A stretch of DNA of 64,000 nucleotides. Origin: Thalia democratica. Lineage: Eukaryota. Below, piece by piece: positions 22,638 to 36,700 of the stretch. A model generated the notes under the pieces. That model did no database searches and was not told the origin of the DNA. It saw only the letters and a list, made by a program, of their open reading frames with translations. Numbering within the stretch: position 1 is the stretch's first letter; the number at the start of each line of letters is the position of its first letter. The stretch spans positions 54,002,001 through 54,066,000 of the forward strand of contig OZ241828.1 in the NCBI GenBank assembly GCA_965202585.1, given 5' to 3'. Both the position numbers and the translations under genes were made by a program.

Positions 22638-24821
22638 CTATACAGTTTTAAATCGAAATTTTTAACGATCGTTTCAATAACGAGTTGCTGGCATAAGGTT
22701 TATTTTTTTCTTTAGCTGTTATCAATACAAATAAATCTGTTGTAAAGCTTTTAACATTTGTTTTTAGTTAATTAGAATGCAGGTATTTTATTTTAAAAGG
22801 TTACAAATAACTGTTAGTTTGTTAGTTTCACTTATTGTCAAAAAAGTTTTGTACCATATTCTTGAATAATATTGTATTAATTATTGATAATTCACTCTAA
22901 ATTGTTTTATAAAAGTTACTTTATTTTAGAACTCTTAAAACAATTTTTGTACAATAATACATATTCCTGCACATCGTTATTTATCAGTTATTTTTTAACT
23001 TTTTTAAGTTCTCGTACTTGTTTTTTAATAAAAACTTTCAGTTTGGTTTTATGGTTTTATTGAGTAAAAATTTACTGTAGTAGCATGTCCACTTTTTATT
23101 AGACATTTTAATTTTAAGCAAAGTTTTTGCTGTTTTTATTTTTGACGTGTTTACATTTACCATAACTAATTGGCATGTTTAAATTTTATGATAGTCTGAG
23201 TTCATCAGGGGCTGTATTCCCTCAGAATAACTTTAGACGTTCTAAAAAAACAAAGCAAATGAGTCAGTCAAGTTAACTTTTTTTTGCTAAAAAAATGTCC
23301 TAAATATGACATTTTTAATTTTTATAAGTAAAATTTGTCTAACCATATTTACTTAAAAAACAAGTCCCTTTAAAAACTTACAAAAAAAAAAAGAACTTTT
23401 GGTGTCCATGTTTATTATTTTTAAAATCGCTAATATTAAAATCCAAGCAAAAATGTTATAATAATTATTTAAAAAAGTGTTAAAATAATGATAAAAATAG
23501 TATTATAAAAACTGTACGGAAAATAACTTATAAAAAATTAATTTTGTTGTTGTTATATGCTTTATTCTTAAAGATATAAAACTATTATCCCAATAGCTTA
23601 TCATTTACTTACTACTGTATAGTTTAGCCAGAAAGGTTAAATTGAAATACTTAACTGGCAAATTTTACTGAGTTAAATTTAGTTAAATATCCTTGTTGGT
23701 AGTTGTAAAATATTTAAAAAATAAAACTGCGTGAGCTGTTTATAACCAAGGTGCTTAAGAAGCTTCGGATTTAAACAATTAAAATATAAACTATTACATA
23801 AACTCATTAGTTTATTCAGTGGTAATGTTATAAATCAAAATTTACGTGCTACATCAAAAACATAACTAAATAATAATTAATTTAGCAATACTATTTACAA
23901 TTTATCAAATGCATGTTTGAAAATTTTTATAAAAACATTTATTGAAATATGTTTTCTGTGTATAAGATAAAGAAGATCTAAAAAATTTCAGAGATAGAAA
24001 ACTCTACTTGACAAGCCCGATTTCTCCATAGTTTATTTAGCTCTTAAATGAAAATTTCATACAATTAGTATGTATATTAGTAACTATTAGTTATGTAGAT
24101 AAAAAATCTATATATAATTGTTAAAAAAATTCAAACAACGCAGTCTAAAATTTGTTGTCAAACAAAATTAAATCAATAGTATAATAAAACCTAAAATGTC
24201 TAAAAACTTACCTAAAAATGATTAAGTTGTGACAGCAGAAAAACCCTGACAAAGCTGATCAAAGAAAAAGTAAAAATATATTATACGACTGCACAACAGT
24301 TTTGCAAGGGTCGTAAGAAAGTAAGTGTTTGAAGTTGTACGCTAAAAATGTTTCAAAAAACTTCGTAGCGGAGGGTGTAACACTTTCGCTGAATTTTTCG
24401 ATACTAAGTTGCAGATTGAGTAATAAGGTACAAAATTGTTTGCATATCAAAGCCCTTTCTTATGCTTACATGAATGCTCGTTTTTTAAAATGTTATAAAT
24501 TTTTAGTAAAAAAACAAAACGAAAAGTATTAATTACTATAAAAAGAACTTTTAATACTTTTGTAAATGTGCACATACAAACACGTTGAACTGTGCTAAAA
24601 TTCTTAGAACATCATTAAAACGTTCAGAATAAGATATGTGGAAGTATAAATTGTTTAAGTAAATGTTTATTGTAAATTAAGAAAACTAAATACATAAAAC
24701 TTTATTTCTAACATATTTAAAAAAAATTTTTTAATTAATTAGTTAGTTCTTATATTTCTTAAATAAAGTATAATAAAATAATGAAAAGTATTATTATTTG
24801 GTTTTTTTTTTAACATTATAG

Positions 24822-25422
24822 GTACTACAAAATCAGACGTCAAAAAGTTAATTTATTTAGCGCGTTGCTTTACAATGGTATCTGATGAAAACAACGTTTT
24901 ATATTTAGAATTTACTTTTCTCTCAAAAGGTAGTTTTCAGATACAAATAAGCTCAAAAATAAAAAATGTTCTCAATAAAAAATTTTGGATCAGTGACAAC
25001 ACTGAAGATCGGTAAAGTTATGCAACAGTGCTTTCATTAAAAATTCTTTATTTTTACTGTAAGTTCCGGCAATAGAACATCTTAGGTTAAAGATTCAATT
25101 TCTGTAATCTAGAAATGCTTTGCAATACTTTATGAAACTCTAATCTGCAAAAAAGTTGAATTTCAAAACAGGGCTAAAGATAATTTTACAACTAGGTACT
25201 GTTTTAAACTTAGTATTAGATAATATTTTGTTGGGGTTGCATAAAAAGTACTGCAAGTTTGTAAAAAAAGATGTTTACGAGATAGATCAAAAACTTGTTT
25301 TAAAACTTAAATCTCTTCTTTTAATGCTAGAAGAGCAATTAAATTCAATACCAGTGTCCATAAAAGATGTAATTTACGTCTTTCAAAGCTTGAAAATAAC
25401 TTTATTAATTACGATGAATTAA
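24822..25422 (+). pseudogene. coding-like segments of unknown origin (possible decayed orphan gene or TE remnant)
   Basis: 24822-25011 is an AG/GT-bounded frame open for 62 codons. A second frame from about 25110 to 25422 has one internal TAA. No recognisable motif, and the pieces could not be joined in phase. Confidence 0.2.
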
Positions 25423-27199
25423 GTTAGTGTTTGATATTAATGCATCGTTTAACAATTACTTTAACCCATCCATAAGACGTTTTAGGCGATACTAGGTCGT
25501 CTTCACAAAGCTTTAGCAATTCGTCGGAGGATGAAAATCCGGTTACCTTTGGCGGCAAAATGTTTGTAACTGGTACGGCGCAATAAGCATGTTTAAGTAA
25601 GTTCAACTTGGTTTTCATCTCAAAACAAAGTTATAGTTTCTTTTGAGAGGAGACGTTATTTTTGCCTTTCATGATGCAAGCTGCATACTGCTATGATTTT
25701 ACGAAAACAAATGGACTGAAATATCTAATGAGTTTTTGGAATTTTGGAAAACAGAGTTGGTTTTTTACTTCTCAAAGTCTCTTCTTGTTTGATAACTTTA
25801 CTACGATAGCAAAAAAAATGTAAGTTTTTTAGATCTTTTTACATACTTTACAAAAATTAACTGGAAAAACTTTACTACGAAAACTTCTTCAAGTTAAAGT
25901 TGTTGAAAAATAAAGTTTAAAAATTGTTAAACATAATTAATGTTAAGTTAGTGCGTGCATCTGTTGCCCCTCAAAAATGAGTAAAGCTTAGTTTAACCGT
26001 TTTTGCGTGGAACATCACATAAATGAGCAACAAAAAACAAAAGCATCCTAGCTTTTATCAGCGTCTCGCATTTTAATTTTCAAAATCAACCGCTATGTAA
26101 AATGTATGAGACCTTAAAAAATCGACCTTCAAGTTTTTGGCTGAAATTTTTTGTACATGTAGCAATCATCACAAAAACTCATTCTACGCGTTTTAAGACG
26201 ATTTGAAAATAGTTTTATGGAGGCACTTCTTAATTATCTCAAAAAATCTTAAAATTAAGAAAAAAAGGTAAAAAAGTACAGAAAATCAGAAAATTCCTTC
26301 ATGAAATTTTCTTTAAATCGTCGTAAATTTTATTTGAAAGCATGCTTCGTTTAATTATCTTTACTTTTTTTATTCCGGAAAGAAATTGAAGTGACTATTA
26401 TAATTTAAATTTCCAAAATTACCGTTTGTTGCACTAATAATTTTTTTTATATTTAAAGCTGTATATTTATAATATACGTTTACAGCGGCCTTTCTTCATA
26501 AAATGTAACCGTCCCTTGTTTCAAATAATAGCTAGTTCACTATAAATAGTATTCAAGAACAATTTTCCTAATATTATTCTTATAACGAAGTTTAAGTATG
26601 TTCAAATTAACCAAATTTATAACAAATAAATCATTTTGCATGACCTATAGTCGATAATATTTTATATATTTCTTGATGTAACTTTTTAGAGTATGATTTC
26701 GTAAAAGTATCTAAAAAGTTTAACGAAATAGTTTAAGGCTTTTTGAAAACAAAAAAAAACGTTTTTTTAAAATAACAAAACCAGTTATCACAAAGTCTCT
26801 TAAATCTTATGTTTGAAAAATTTACAGTGTATACGAAATTTGAACTCAAGTTATAACTAAACAGCTTAATACTTTTCGCTGGTACAGTTTTTTATTAAAT
26901 TATGACAAAGTAGAAGTAAAGTTAATGTTGTAATTAGTATTGTTTTTACAAAACGTACACAGCTAACAACTGTAATTAATTTAAATAAAAACAACTGATT
27001 AAAGATATTGCTGACAATCGTGTTGTTGCTATTTGCAGCAATATATCTATTAAGAAAAATAAAGTTCACTTTGCAAAAAGTTTTACAAATAATACAAACT
27101 TTCCGATGATGACTTATCAAAGATAATAGTTTAAGTTAGTCTATCTCAAAAAATCTTAATAAACATGTTTATAGTCTTTTTGTTTTGTTTTTAATACAA

Positions 27200-27590
27200 G
27201 TAATAGATTAAGTTGTTGTGTTTCTTTTCTTCTTTTTAGCGATAGTTTTTAGTTTTTCTTTAGCTGCATATTTTAAAATGTATCATTTTCGGTTTAATTT
27301 TAGTTCGGCCAAATATCTCCCATTTTAAGTCGTATATTTGGTTATTATCTTTTAAGTCTCGTTTATAATTCGATAATTCTGTTCTGTATCTTTTTTGTCT
27401 GTTGTTAAAGCTTGTTTGATAGTTCCGGTATCTTAATTTTTTGATGTTTTATTCTGATAATCTAATTCTAAGTATTCTAACTTTGTGCTAGTTGAGCCTA
27501 ATTAGATTTTTGTTGTGTTGTCTGTTTTTAATACAATTTAAAATGAGGTTGCTTTTCAAGCACTTGCTATTTAGTGTGTTTAGTAGATCA
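27200..27590 (-). mobile_element. decayed Penelope-like retroelement GIY-YIG endonuclease fragment
   Basis: Minus-strand pieces TLNSKCLKSNLILNC, RYRNYQTSFNNRQKRYRTELSNYKRDLKDNNQIYDLKWEIFG and KEKLKTI resemble the PLE GIY-YIG pattern (PLNGKCL..N.IY...YIGL...RYNNH..SF.....TELS.YIW.LK....Y.IKW.I...EK). Stops and frameshifts are present. Confidence 0.65.
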
Positions 27591-30500
27591 GACGCTAAGA
27601 TAAGAAGTATATATAAGAGAAACTAACGTGAAGAAAAGGTAATTATGAGTTGATAAATATATCTGAGAAAATATTCTTTAAGAATTTGATATAAAGTGGC
27701 TTGTAGAAATATACTAAAAAATCGTTTATGAAAAGCCTTTGGATTCTTCTTTACTTTAAAGTTTAATTAAAAATTTGAATAAAAGTTTACGAAACCTTAT
27801 TCTTTAAACAGTTCTTGATGTAGGTGTTTTTGCAAAACTTCAAACTTTAATTTGACAAATTTTATTGTATTAAACCTATATCATAAAAGGTTTATGAAAC
27901 GATCTATTATGATTTATAAAAAAAATAAAGAATTTACTATTATATTTTGAAATTTTAAAGGGTAATACTAAGTTTTAACTTACCGTTTATAAAATTTTTC
28001 TTTTATAATAACTTTACATGAGTTTAAACTTTTTAATATAAAAACGTAGACTAAAATATTTTAGTCTGTAAAAAACTTTGAATACTACTTTTATTCCAAA
28101 TTTATTTTTAACATAGAACTTTTTTTAAGCGAACAATTAACAAAACTGTTAGCAGTTTGTACAAATTGTTTTTATATATTTAACTAGATTATAGATTTTT
28201 AACAAATTTGTTAACGGTGCTGATAAAGATAGTAAGAGTTGGATATTGGTCAAAAACTTATTCTAAAATATACTTTTATAAAACTTTGTTAATTAAGTTA
28301 ATGTAAGTATGTAGTTGTTTTTTCTTTTTAAAATACTAGATTACTAAAAATGGTCATGTTTACTTTAAGTAAGCGTAGAAAATAACAAACTAAAAACACT
28401 GGCTTTTTAACTTTTAAATTTCAATTCACGATAATTGTGTTTTGTATATACAACAACTGCGTAAGTCTTGTGTAATAACATAGTAGATGAACAATCTTCA
28501 AAATTAGCAAGGATTATGTGCATGTGAAACTAAAAAGTCTTGAATTTTGTATGCAGTTCTGTTTACAAACTAAAAAGTTAAAACCGATGTTGGATTAAGA
28601 AACAATTTTGAGTTGTAAACATATTCTTACTCTAACGAACTCTTACCAAGTAAAAAAGTAGTAAATTTAAAAATGAAGATAAGATCATTATTTAGCAGTG
28701 TATAACTAAAAATCTCGCTGTAAAAAGTACATTGTTGTTACACTAATGGTTTTTACAGGTAAAGTATTTTATAAGTGTTTTTTACAAAGAATTAAAAACT
28801 CAATTATATGAAAAAGGTTGAATAAGTAATCTCATATAAGAAATTCAGATTAATATGACAACTGTTGTTATAAGGAAAACTTGTCACTTAAGCTTACTAA
28901 TAGACGAACTTATAAAAGTTATTCTAATTTTAAAACGAACAGATATCTTTCGTTATACTAATACTAATAATAATATAGACTTAATAAGTTTTGGTTTTTG
29001 AAAATATTTATTAATTTACACTTAAACTAACTCCTCATACATTTTGATGACAACTAATGATGTCTTACTTAATGATAATTGATAAAAGTTTAGCGAAGTT
29101 GTGTCATACCTACAAATCTAACACTATGATACCAAAACTTTTCTTACTTGCATAAATAACTAAATTTGTTTTAAATAACTAATTTTTGTCAAAATAAAGT
29201 TTAGTATTAAAATAAAAAATATAAAACAACACTTTGAATGTTGTAACAACTTATTTTGGTTATTAAATTTTGTAACTATAAATGAAAAACTGAACATTAA
29301 ATTTACAATAAACATATTTTTATAAAAAATTGAAGTTTAAGTTAGTAAACTAGAACTATGGCAACTACTTACGATAAAAACACTAAACATGATTAGTATA
29401 ATTACACTTGTAACAAACATAAAAGTAAAACTTATTTACTAAAGCTTTATTTCTAAAAAAATACAAGTTAAAGTGTATAAAAACTTAAAAGGAGATAATA
29501 TTTTCTTAAAGAAGTTATTTCGTGACTTATTACGTATTATGAATTTGTTAATAACCTGTTTTTTTACGGAAGATTGTTGAATGTTTTTAGAGTTTGTTAT
29601 TAATTACTTTTTTGTTGAAATTGCACCATACTGTGTTTTCAATTTTTGTGAGTGTAAAAATGTTTTTGAAAAGTTTTTGTTTTTGTAACATTACTTTCTA
29701 GCTAGATGTTTTAAAAAGAAGTATTTATATTTAATGAAACAGTTTCACTATTATCACCAAAAATAATATAATATTTTCTAAACCAAACATGTTAGTTATA
29801 AAACGTTTACAATTTTATTGATTAGGTCTTTTACTTATGTTTTAAAATTTGATACTAGATATAAATAATTTGAACAAAAACATTAAACAACTCTTTTTCT
29901 AAACACCTCTAAAATTCTAAAATAATTAAGCTAATCATTCAAGTTAATTGGATATTTTGTATATGTTACATCAGTTTTAAATTAGCTAGTAATTAAAAAA
30001 CATATGCATAGTAGTTTGCAGTGGTGGGAAAAAAATATACAAAATTAAACATGTATTTATTCTTAATTATTTTTAACTTCAATACTTTTGTATTAAATTT
30101 TAAAATTATTTATTCTGAAAATGTATTAAGTATTAAAACTTTCTTTTATGTAAGTCAGGGGTCGGCCCGTGGGTCAAACTCGACCCAAGAAAAAATCTGC
30201 GGTTTGCATTGTATTTTATTAGCTAAAAACATAATTTAAAAAAAGTTAAAAAAAACTTTAGTGATAATTATTATAAATAGTCAAAATTATTAAATATTTT
30301 GTTCTTTCCTAATGCATTTAAGATACTTATCATAGTGCTCATTGTATCACTTTTTTGTTTGAAATAGTATTTTTATGTTAGTTTTTACACCAATCAAGTA
30401 TGCAGTACGCGAACAAGTTTTTTTTCAAATTAAAGGTTCGCGATTTATAAAATACTGTCTTCCCTGGTGTAAAATTTAATAAAGAAGATATCATATAAAA

Positions 30501-32844
30501 GAATTTTTTTAAACATTTTTGTTACCGGTTAATTCACTGTACTGACTTTTTATTTCAAGTTTATCTGTTTGAATAGTTTTGTTACATAAGTTATAATAAT
30601 AACTATTACACTGATCAAAATTAAACGAAGATCTTTTTCTCACACAGGTTTAATAGGTATTTATAAGGATAATCTGCAAAAAATCTGAATTCTTTACCTT
30701 AGTGTTTTCAGCGATTATCTATTTAATCCTCAAACTTATTACACACCTTAAGTTTTTATAAAAATTATTTAATATTAACTTGGCTAAGGTACAAATTAGT
30801 ATAACTAATATAAAAAGCTAACTTAATCCGTGACTATTACTTAATTAATTTATTTTTTATTCACTGAAAATAATACACTGAATATTTATAAAAACAATAT
30901 TTTCCTCGCTAAAACTTGTTATATTTTTTAAGAATATTTTTTAAGAATATTTTTAAAAGTTTTAAAAGTTTCTTTAACAAACTTAATATTTCTTTACTTA
31001 AACAACGCTTTATTTTGAAGGAGCTATTAATCAACAGCTAAAATGGTACAGTTTTCAATTAAAGTATAAATGAATACAGTTCGTAAAAAAGTTACCAAAC
31101 ATTTTCTTAAACATATTTTAAATGATTAGTTAATTCTTTATTTGATTTAATTAGAATTTTAAAAAAGTATATTGCACTGCAGATATAATGTCTAATTAAT
31201 AATTTTAAATTATTACTTATCATGTTCTAGTGTCCATACACAGTATACACAAAAAATTTATTTACTTTTAAGTCAGCAAACAGACTCGATAAAGCTAAAT
31301 TCCGAAAACGTTTAAGCAAATAAAGGAAATTTGCGTATAAAAAAGCAAACAGTCGTAGCTAACTTTGTCCGGTAAACTTTGCTTAGTTTATATTTAGCAT
31401 TACATTTCTAAGTTTTGATCTGAATATAATTTAACAAAACATTTTTTGACAAATGAATTTACTTTGAGTTCAAATTTTGTACTTGACTATTATGTTTTTG
31501 TTAGTAATGTAAAATCTAACGGAATGCAAATGAATGCTTTTATTTATTTCCGGTAGCTTAGCTTAATAAAGTTTACATTTTCTTTAAAAATAATTTAGTT
31601 ATAAAGTTTCTACAAAAATATTAAAAGCTTTTACAAACTTATTAAACCATTTCCTCATTTATTAAAAAATATAATTTTAGTTTTGTTATGTAATAGGATT
31701 TAAATAAATTACCGTTTCATAATTGTATACATAATAACGTATTCAAATATAAATTAAGTTGGTTTAACAAGTCTGATAAAAAGTTATGAAAATTTTACAT
31801 TATAAATAGTACGAGCTTGTTTAGAATTATTTTACAAAAATATTAAAGTACAATCTTCATTAAATATTCGATTGTTAAAGTTTGAATTTAATTAGTTTTT
31901 TGTTTTTTATACTTGAACAGTCTTATTTTTGGACGTTACATAAAAAAGGAACAAGTTTGTATGTCAAAATAGATAACAAAAATTAAGTTTTTCTATAATA
32001 GGTTATGTTGAAGTAAATTTTGTTTAAATGTTGTTAGATTTAAGTCTATTAAAAACTTTTTTTTAATTAACAAAGTAATTAGTTATAATGATTTTTTGTA
32101 ACAAAGAACATTCAGTTAACATGATTATTAAAACAGCAGCAGTAAAATACTTATTATAAACAATCGGACTTGCATGTTTAAGTTTCAAAGTACAATAACT
32201 TTATAAATAACAACAAAATATCTCAAAATGAGCGCCTTAAATTTTTACCTTTTTCGAGAATGCTTCTTTTTTCTTTTTTTTTCTACAATTTTGCGGTGAA
32301 CAAATAGTTTATATTTCATCGCACTCACGTTTGCTTTTCACTAGTGAGCCGGTCTCATGGGAAGGTAACTTGTTACGTCACAATAAGACCGCTTCATTAC
32401 CTAGCTGCCTCTAACGAACAGTTGTAGTTTATGATTGTTCAAACAACTTAGTTTGTCAAGTTTTACTTTAACAGAATTTTAATTGTGTCTGTGCAGGTTT
32501 CAATAGACAGTTTAAACTTTGAACTTTAGCTATTGAAGTTAAGTTTTTGCAGATATTATAGTAAATTTGTTATTGTATTTTTTTCATTTAATACTTAAGT
32601 ATACTTTCATTACAAAAAAAGAACTGGGTTACAAAGTATATATAAAAAAACATTGTATGCAAACTGCACATTAACTGTTTTTAATGTTTAAATTTCGAAA
32701 AAAGTATTAAATATTGAGTTTATTGTAAATAGCATAATTTAGAAGTAAAACATTTCAAGCATTTATTTTTTTTAACCATTCAGAAAGCTTTACTGTAATA
32801 AAATTAACTAGTAATTGCTACAGTTAAGAAAAACAAAAACCAAA

Positions 32845-33757
32845 ATGTACAAGAAAACTACATCTATTCTATGCCTTATGTTGGTTGCTTTGTTATTATT
32901 GGAAGAGTCCCATGGTCAGTACAAAAACGGCATGTACAGCCGACTACAGAACCATCAAAACAAGCGCGCTCTCCCAAAAGTCCCCAGGGTAAAACCCGCA
33001 GTTGATAATTTGGAAGGTTCGGACTCTGCCATCCAGCAGAAGCCGGTTTCTGATGGCGGGTACCAGGACATTTACCAGCCACCAGTCTACCAGCAGCCCC
33101 AGTTCGTCGAGGGCGGCGTCCGACCTCCCAGGGGCAACGTTTACCAGGACCCTTACCAGTACAACCCGCAACCGCCACTGTACCATGGCAACGGGTTCGG
33201 CAGGGACGTCTACCAACCGATGAACCAGTACAACCCTTACCTGTCGAATCAGCCGTTAAGCAACCAACCGCCCTACTACAACAACCCTTATAACAACCCG
33301 GTGAAAAGTTTCAACGGTCACAACCAACCTTATTTCAAAGGCAACCAGGTTGGCGGCGGCTTTGGCGTCCCGTACCAGCAAAATGACAGGCAACCCGAAA
33401 ACAGGCCGGGAACAGAAACTGAAGATGCGAAAGAAGAGGAAGTTGTCCCCGATCCCCAGGAAAATTTCAACCAGGAAAACTTCGGGAGAGACCAGTACGG
33501 ACAGGGGTTCGGTTTAAATGTGAATCAGATACAAAACTACGGACCGAACACGGACAGCTACGGTGGACCGATGAATAACTACCAGGACGGTGGTTACAAT
33601 TTCAACTACAAACCGCAACATCAAGGTGTTTCCATGAACCAAGTTCAACCGGACGGCTTCAAACCAGCTTATTATGGAAATGACCAGTTCAGAAATTTGC
33701 CTTCTGACGATTACCAGCAAGTACCAGCTTTTAATGAAAACGCATTCGCAATTCCAG
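32845..33757 (+). CDS. FBLN2: fibulin exon 1: signal peptide and Q/N/P/Y/G-rich low-complexity region
   Basis: aaaATG MYKKTTSILCLMLVALLLLEESHG...AFAIP G|gtacac. Confidence 0.88.
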
Positions 33758-36700
33758 GTACACTTTTGATTCTTTTTTACCAAAACCATTTTGAATTTAG
33801 AAAACGAATTCGGCTGTAGTACGAAGAATATTGTATTTTACATACAATCTTCAACACCAATTTTAATCAATAGAAAGTATTTATATTTCTATCTTTTTTG
33901 TAATACTTAAAATTTTTGTGGCGTCTAAAGAGTTGTTTTCTAATTGAAACTTTAAACAGTGTTAAAGAAAGTTGAGTTTAGTAAATTTTAAGCACGATTT
34001 TAACACACTTTTATGCGTTATTTTGTACTAGGGTATTGAAAGCCACAAAAGGCAAAGTTGCTTTGTACAAATACTTTTGCAAATATTTGAAACGCAGTTG
34101 TGGTCAATACAAATTCCTAAGCTTACTTAAATTATCAAACATTTATTCAGTGGCATTTGAAACGATTATGTTTGTACATGTGTTTTTGTAAATCGTAATT
34201 TGGTTTTTGAATACTAGTTTATTAAATTACACTAACCAATGTAATTCCTCATAGACGTTTTTAAATTTTTAAAACTTCATAAAACTGCTAAAATTAAAAT
34301 AGTTTAAATAAAAACTATTTAATTCTAGCTTCATTTAAGTACAACTTACATACTTAATAATAATTAGAAAAGTAGTTTATTAGTTTACAGAAGCGTTAAT
34401 GTAAGTTATACAACTTTATATTTTTTGTACTGAAGTCCTGAAAAAAACTTAACTAGTTTCATGACTTATTGCAGAAAAGCAACTGAACAAAATAAATACC
34501 GGAAACAACAAACAGTCAGCTGTGGAAGATTGCAACAACTGTCCGGAACTGAAAAATTGCTTGAACATCACGGACACCGACTGCTGTCCCAAGTGTGAGC
34601 AGTACGGTTGCATCTGTCAGGGATACCAGAGCTACGACTGCATTGACAACGGGTACAAGTTAGTATTGTTTGTTTTTACTTTGCATTTCACAAAGAAAAT
34701 TAAGACAAAAGTTAAATGAAAGTTTCTGGTAGTTTTACTTTTTAATATTTTTAAACATAAATTTAAACACTTTATAAACGCTATAAAAATATCATCTTGT
34801 TTTTCAAAAATTGTATTTAATTTGTTGTCGCGAAGTTTTTAAAAGTTTTATCAACCTGAAAATAATTCACAGAGACAAAAAAGTCCCCGAAGGCGAGTCT
34901 TACAACGTTGACGGGGGAAGTACCGTGTGTAATTGTCCAATGGGAGGAGGGCAAATTTTGTGCAGGTTCGACAATTTTTTAAATAATACTGTTTATTCAT
35001 CAAGTTGTGCATTGTATTTGATTGAAGACAGTTTTATAGATGTTAGAAAAAGTATTCAAACAATTATATTATTATAAATTTGATTAGACTTAAGCCAAAT
35101 GTAGTAATCGAGTTATAGTTCGTATTGAAGTATTTTTCTGTGTTTAAACCCCATTTATAAAACACATATATATAAGTTACAAAGAATATTTTGAAAAATC
35201 AACTTAAAATTTTTATTTCCTTAATTCAATATTAGTTTAGTGTTTTTATGATCATAAAATTAAAATACAAGCAAAATAAAAATGTCAAGGTTTAATAATT
35301 GTTACGTAAGACCATTAGTGTCTTAAACGAAAAATAAATACTAGTAATTAAAAAAACTTTTTTAAAGTAATTAAAAAATTCAAAAGAAAATCGATAATAA
35401 ATTAAGTTACCTCCAAAAGTTTCTTTGTTTACGTATTAGAGGATAAAATAAATATATTTTAAAATTGTAGACTTATTTTACTCCGTTTTAATTTTTCTTT
35501 GTTTGAGTTTTTAGAAATCTCGTACAATACTCAAAGTTTTGTTGTTTTCCGCATTATAATTTATTATTTCTAAGCCCATTTTTTATATTTTGTAGCAAGT
35601 AAAACATTACCATGTAACCTATCAACAAATTTTAAATGTGATTTAATATTATTACTAGAAATGATTAATCCAGAAATTTTTTTTATGTTCTAGATTATTA
35701 CTAAATTTCTAAATACATAATTGGTTTAACTTAAATTAACAATGTAATTACACATCTATCATCATAAAGATAAACTTCTTATATCGCTATAATTTTTTAA
35801 ATACTGAGAAAAAATATTAGTTACATATTTATTATATATACTTTAATAATTTAGAGATTAAATCAAAAGTTTACTTTTGTTTTACTTCCGTTTCTTTGCT
35901 TTAAATTTACCTTAACTTTGTAACTTAATTTGCAAAAAAAAAAATTTACTCTTAACTATGAGCAGTGCACTTTTGAAAAAAAAGGTAAAAAAACTGACTA
36001 CAAAAAGTTTTTATTCCTAAAACAAAAACAACAATCCAACATTTTTGTCCAAATCAGTTTAAAGTTTAACAAACAAAAAATTACTATCAAACGCAACACC
36101 CGTTATAACTTCTTCCTCGTCTTTCATTTTTCCCTGCTCGCAATTAGAAACGACAAGTTCGCGTTGAAAGCTTACTGTGACGTCACAACGCTTCGCAGCT
36201 ACGTGGACGTCAGTATGGAGAGCAGCAGCTCGCAGGCGGGGCAGCAGCTGACGATCAAGTGCATGCCGGTGGCGAGGGGCTGCTACAAGACGCTGATGCG
36301 CTACGACGGGTGCGAGGAGTGCTTGGTGTTCGGGTGCGAGATGAACGGCGTCAAGACCAAGGCGGGAGACAGGTCGGTTGAAACGGATTGATTTTCTAAA
36401 ATAATGTTTGATAGTTGAATTTTTCATTCGTTTTTTGCTTAGACGTATGTGGCTTTTATTCTAATGTAAAAAAAAAGCTTAAACCTTACACTGTTTTTAA
36501 ACTTTTTAAACCAAGGCAAAGCAAGCTTTGATAGTTTTTAGTAAACGTGTGTAGCTTTTATTTAAAAGTATACAATTTAAAAAACCATAAACTTTCATAA
36601 GACCTTTTTTTTAGATATCAAAGCGACGAGTGTACGGATTGTTTTTGTCCGGATCTGGGTGGTGAGTTTGTCTGCCGCCAGAAAGAATCTTGTGGTCAGA

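Noticed and set aside
30156-30456. CAGGGGTCGGC...CCCTG possible hAT MITE
   Set aside because: The right end does not form a convincing inverted repeat and there is no TSD.
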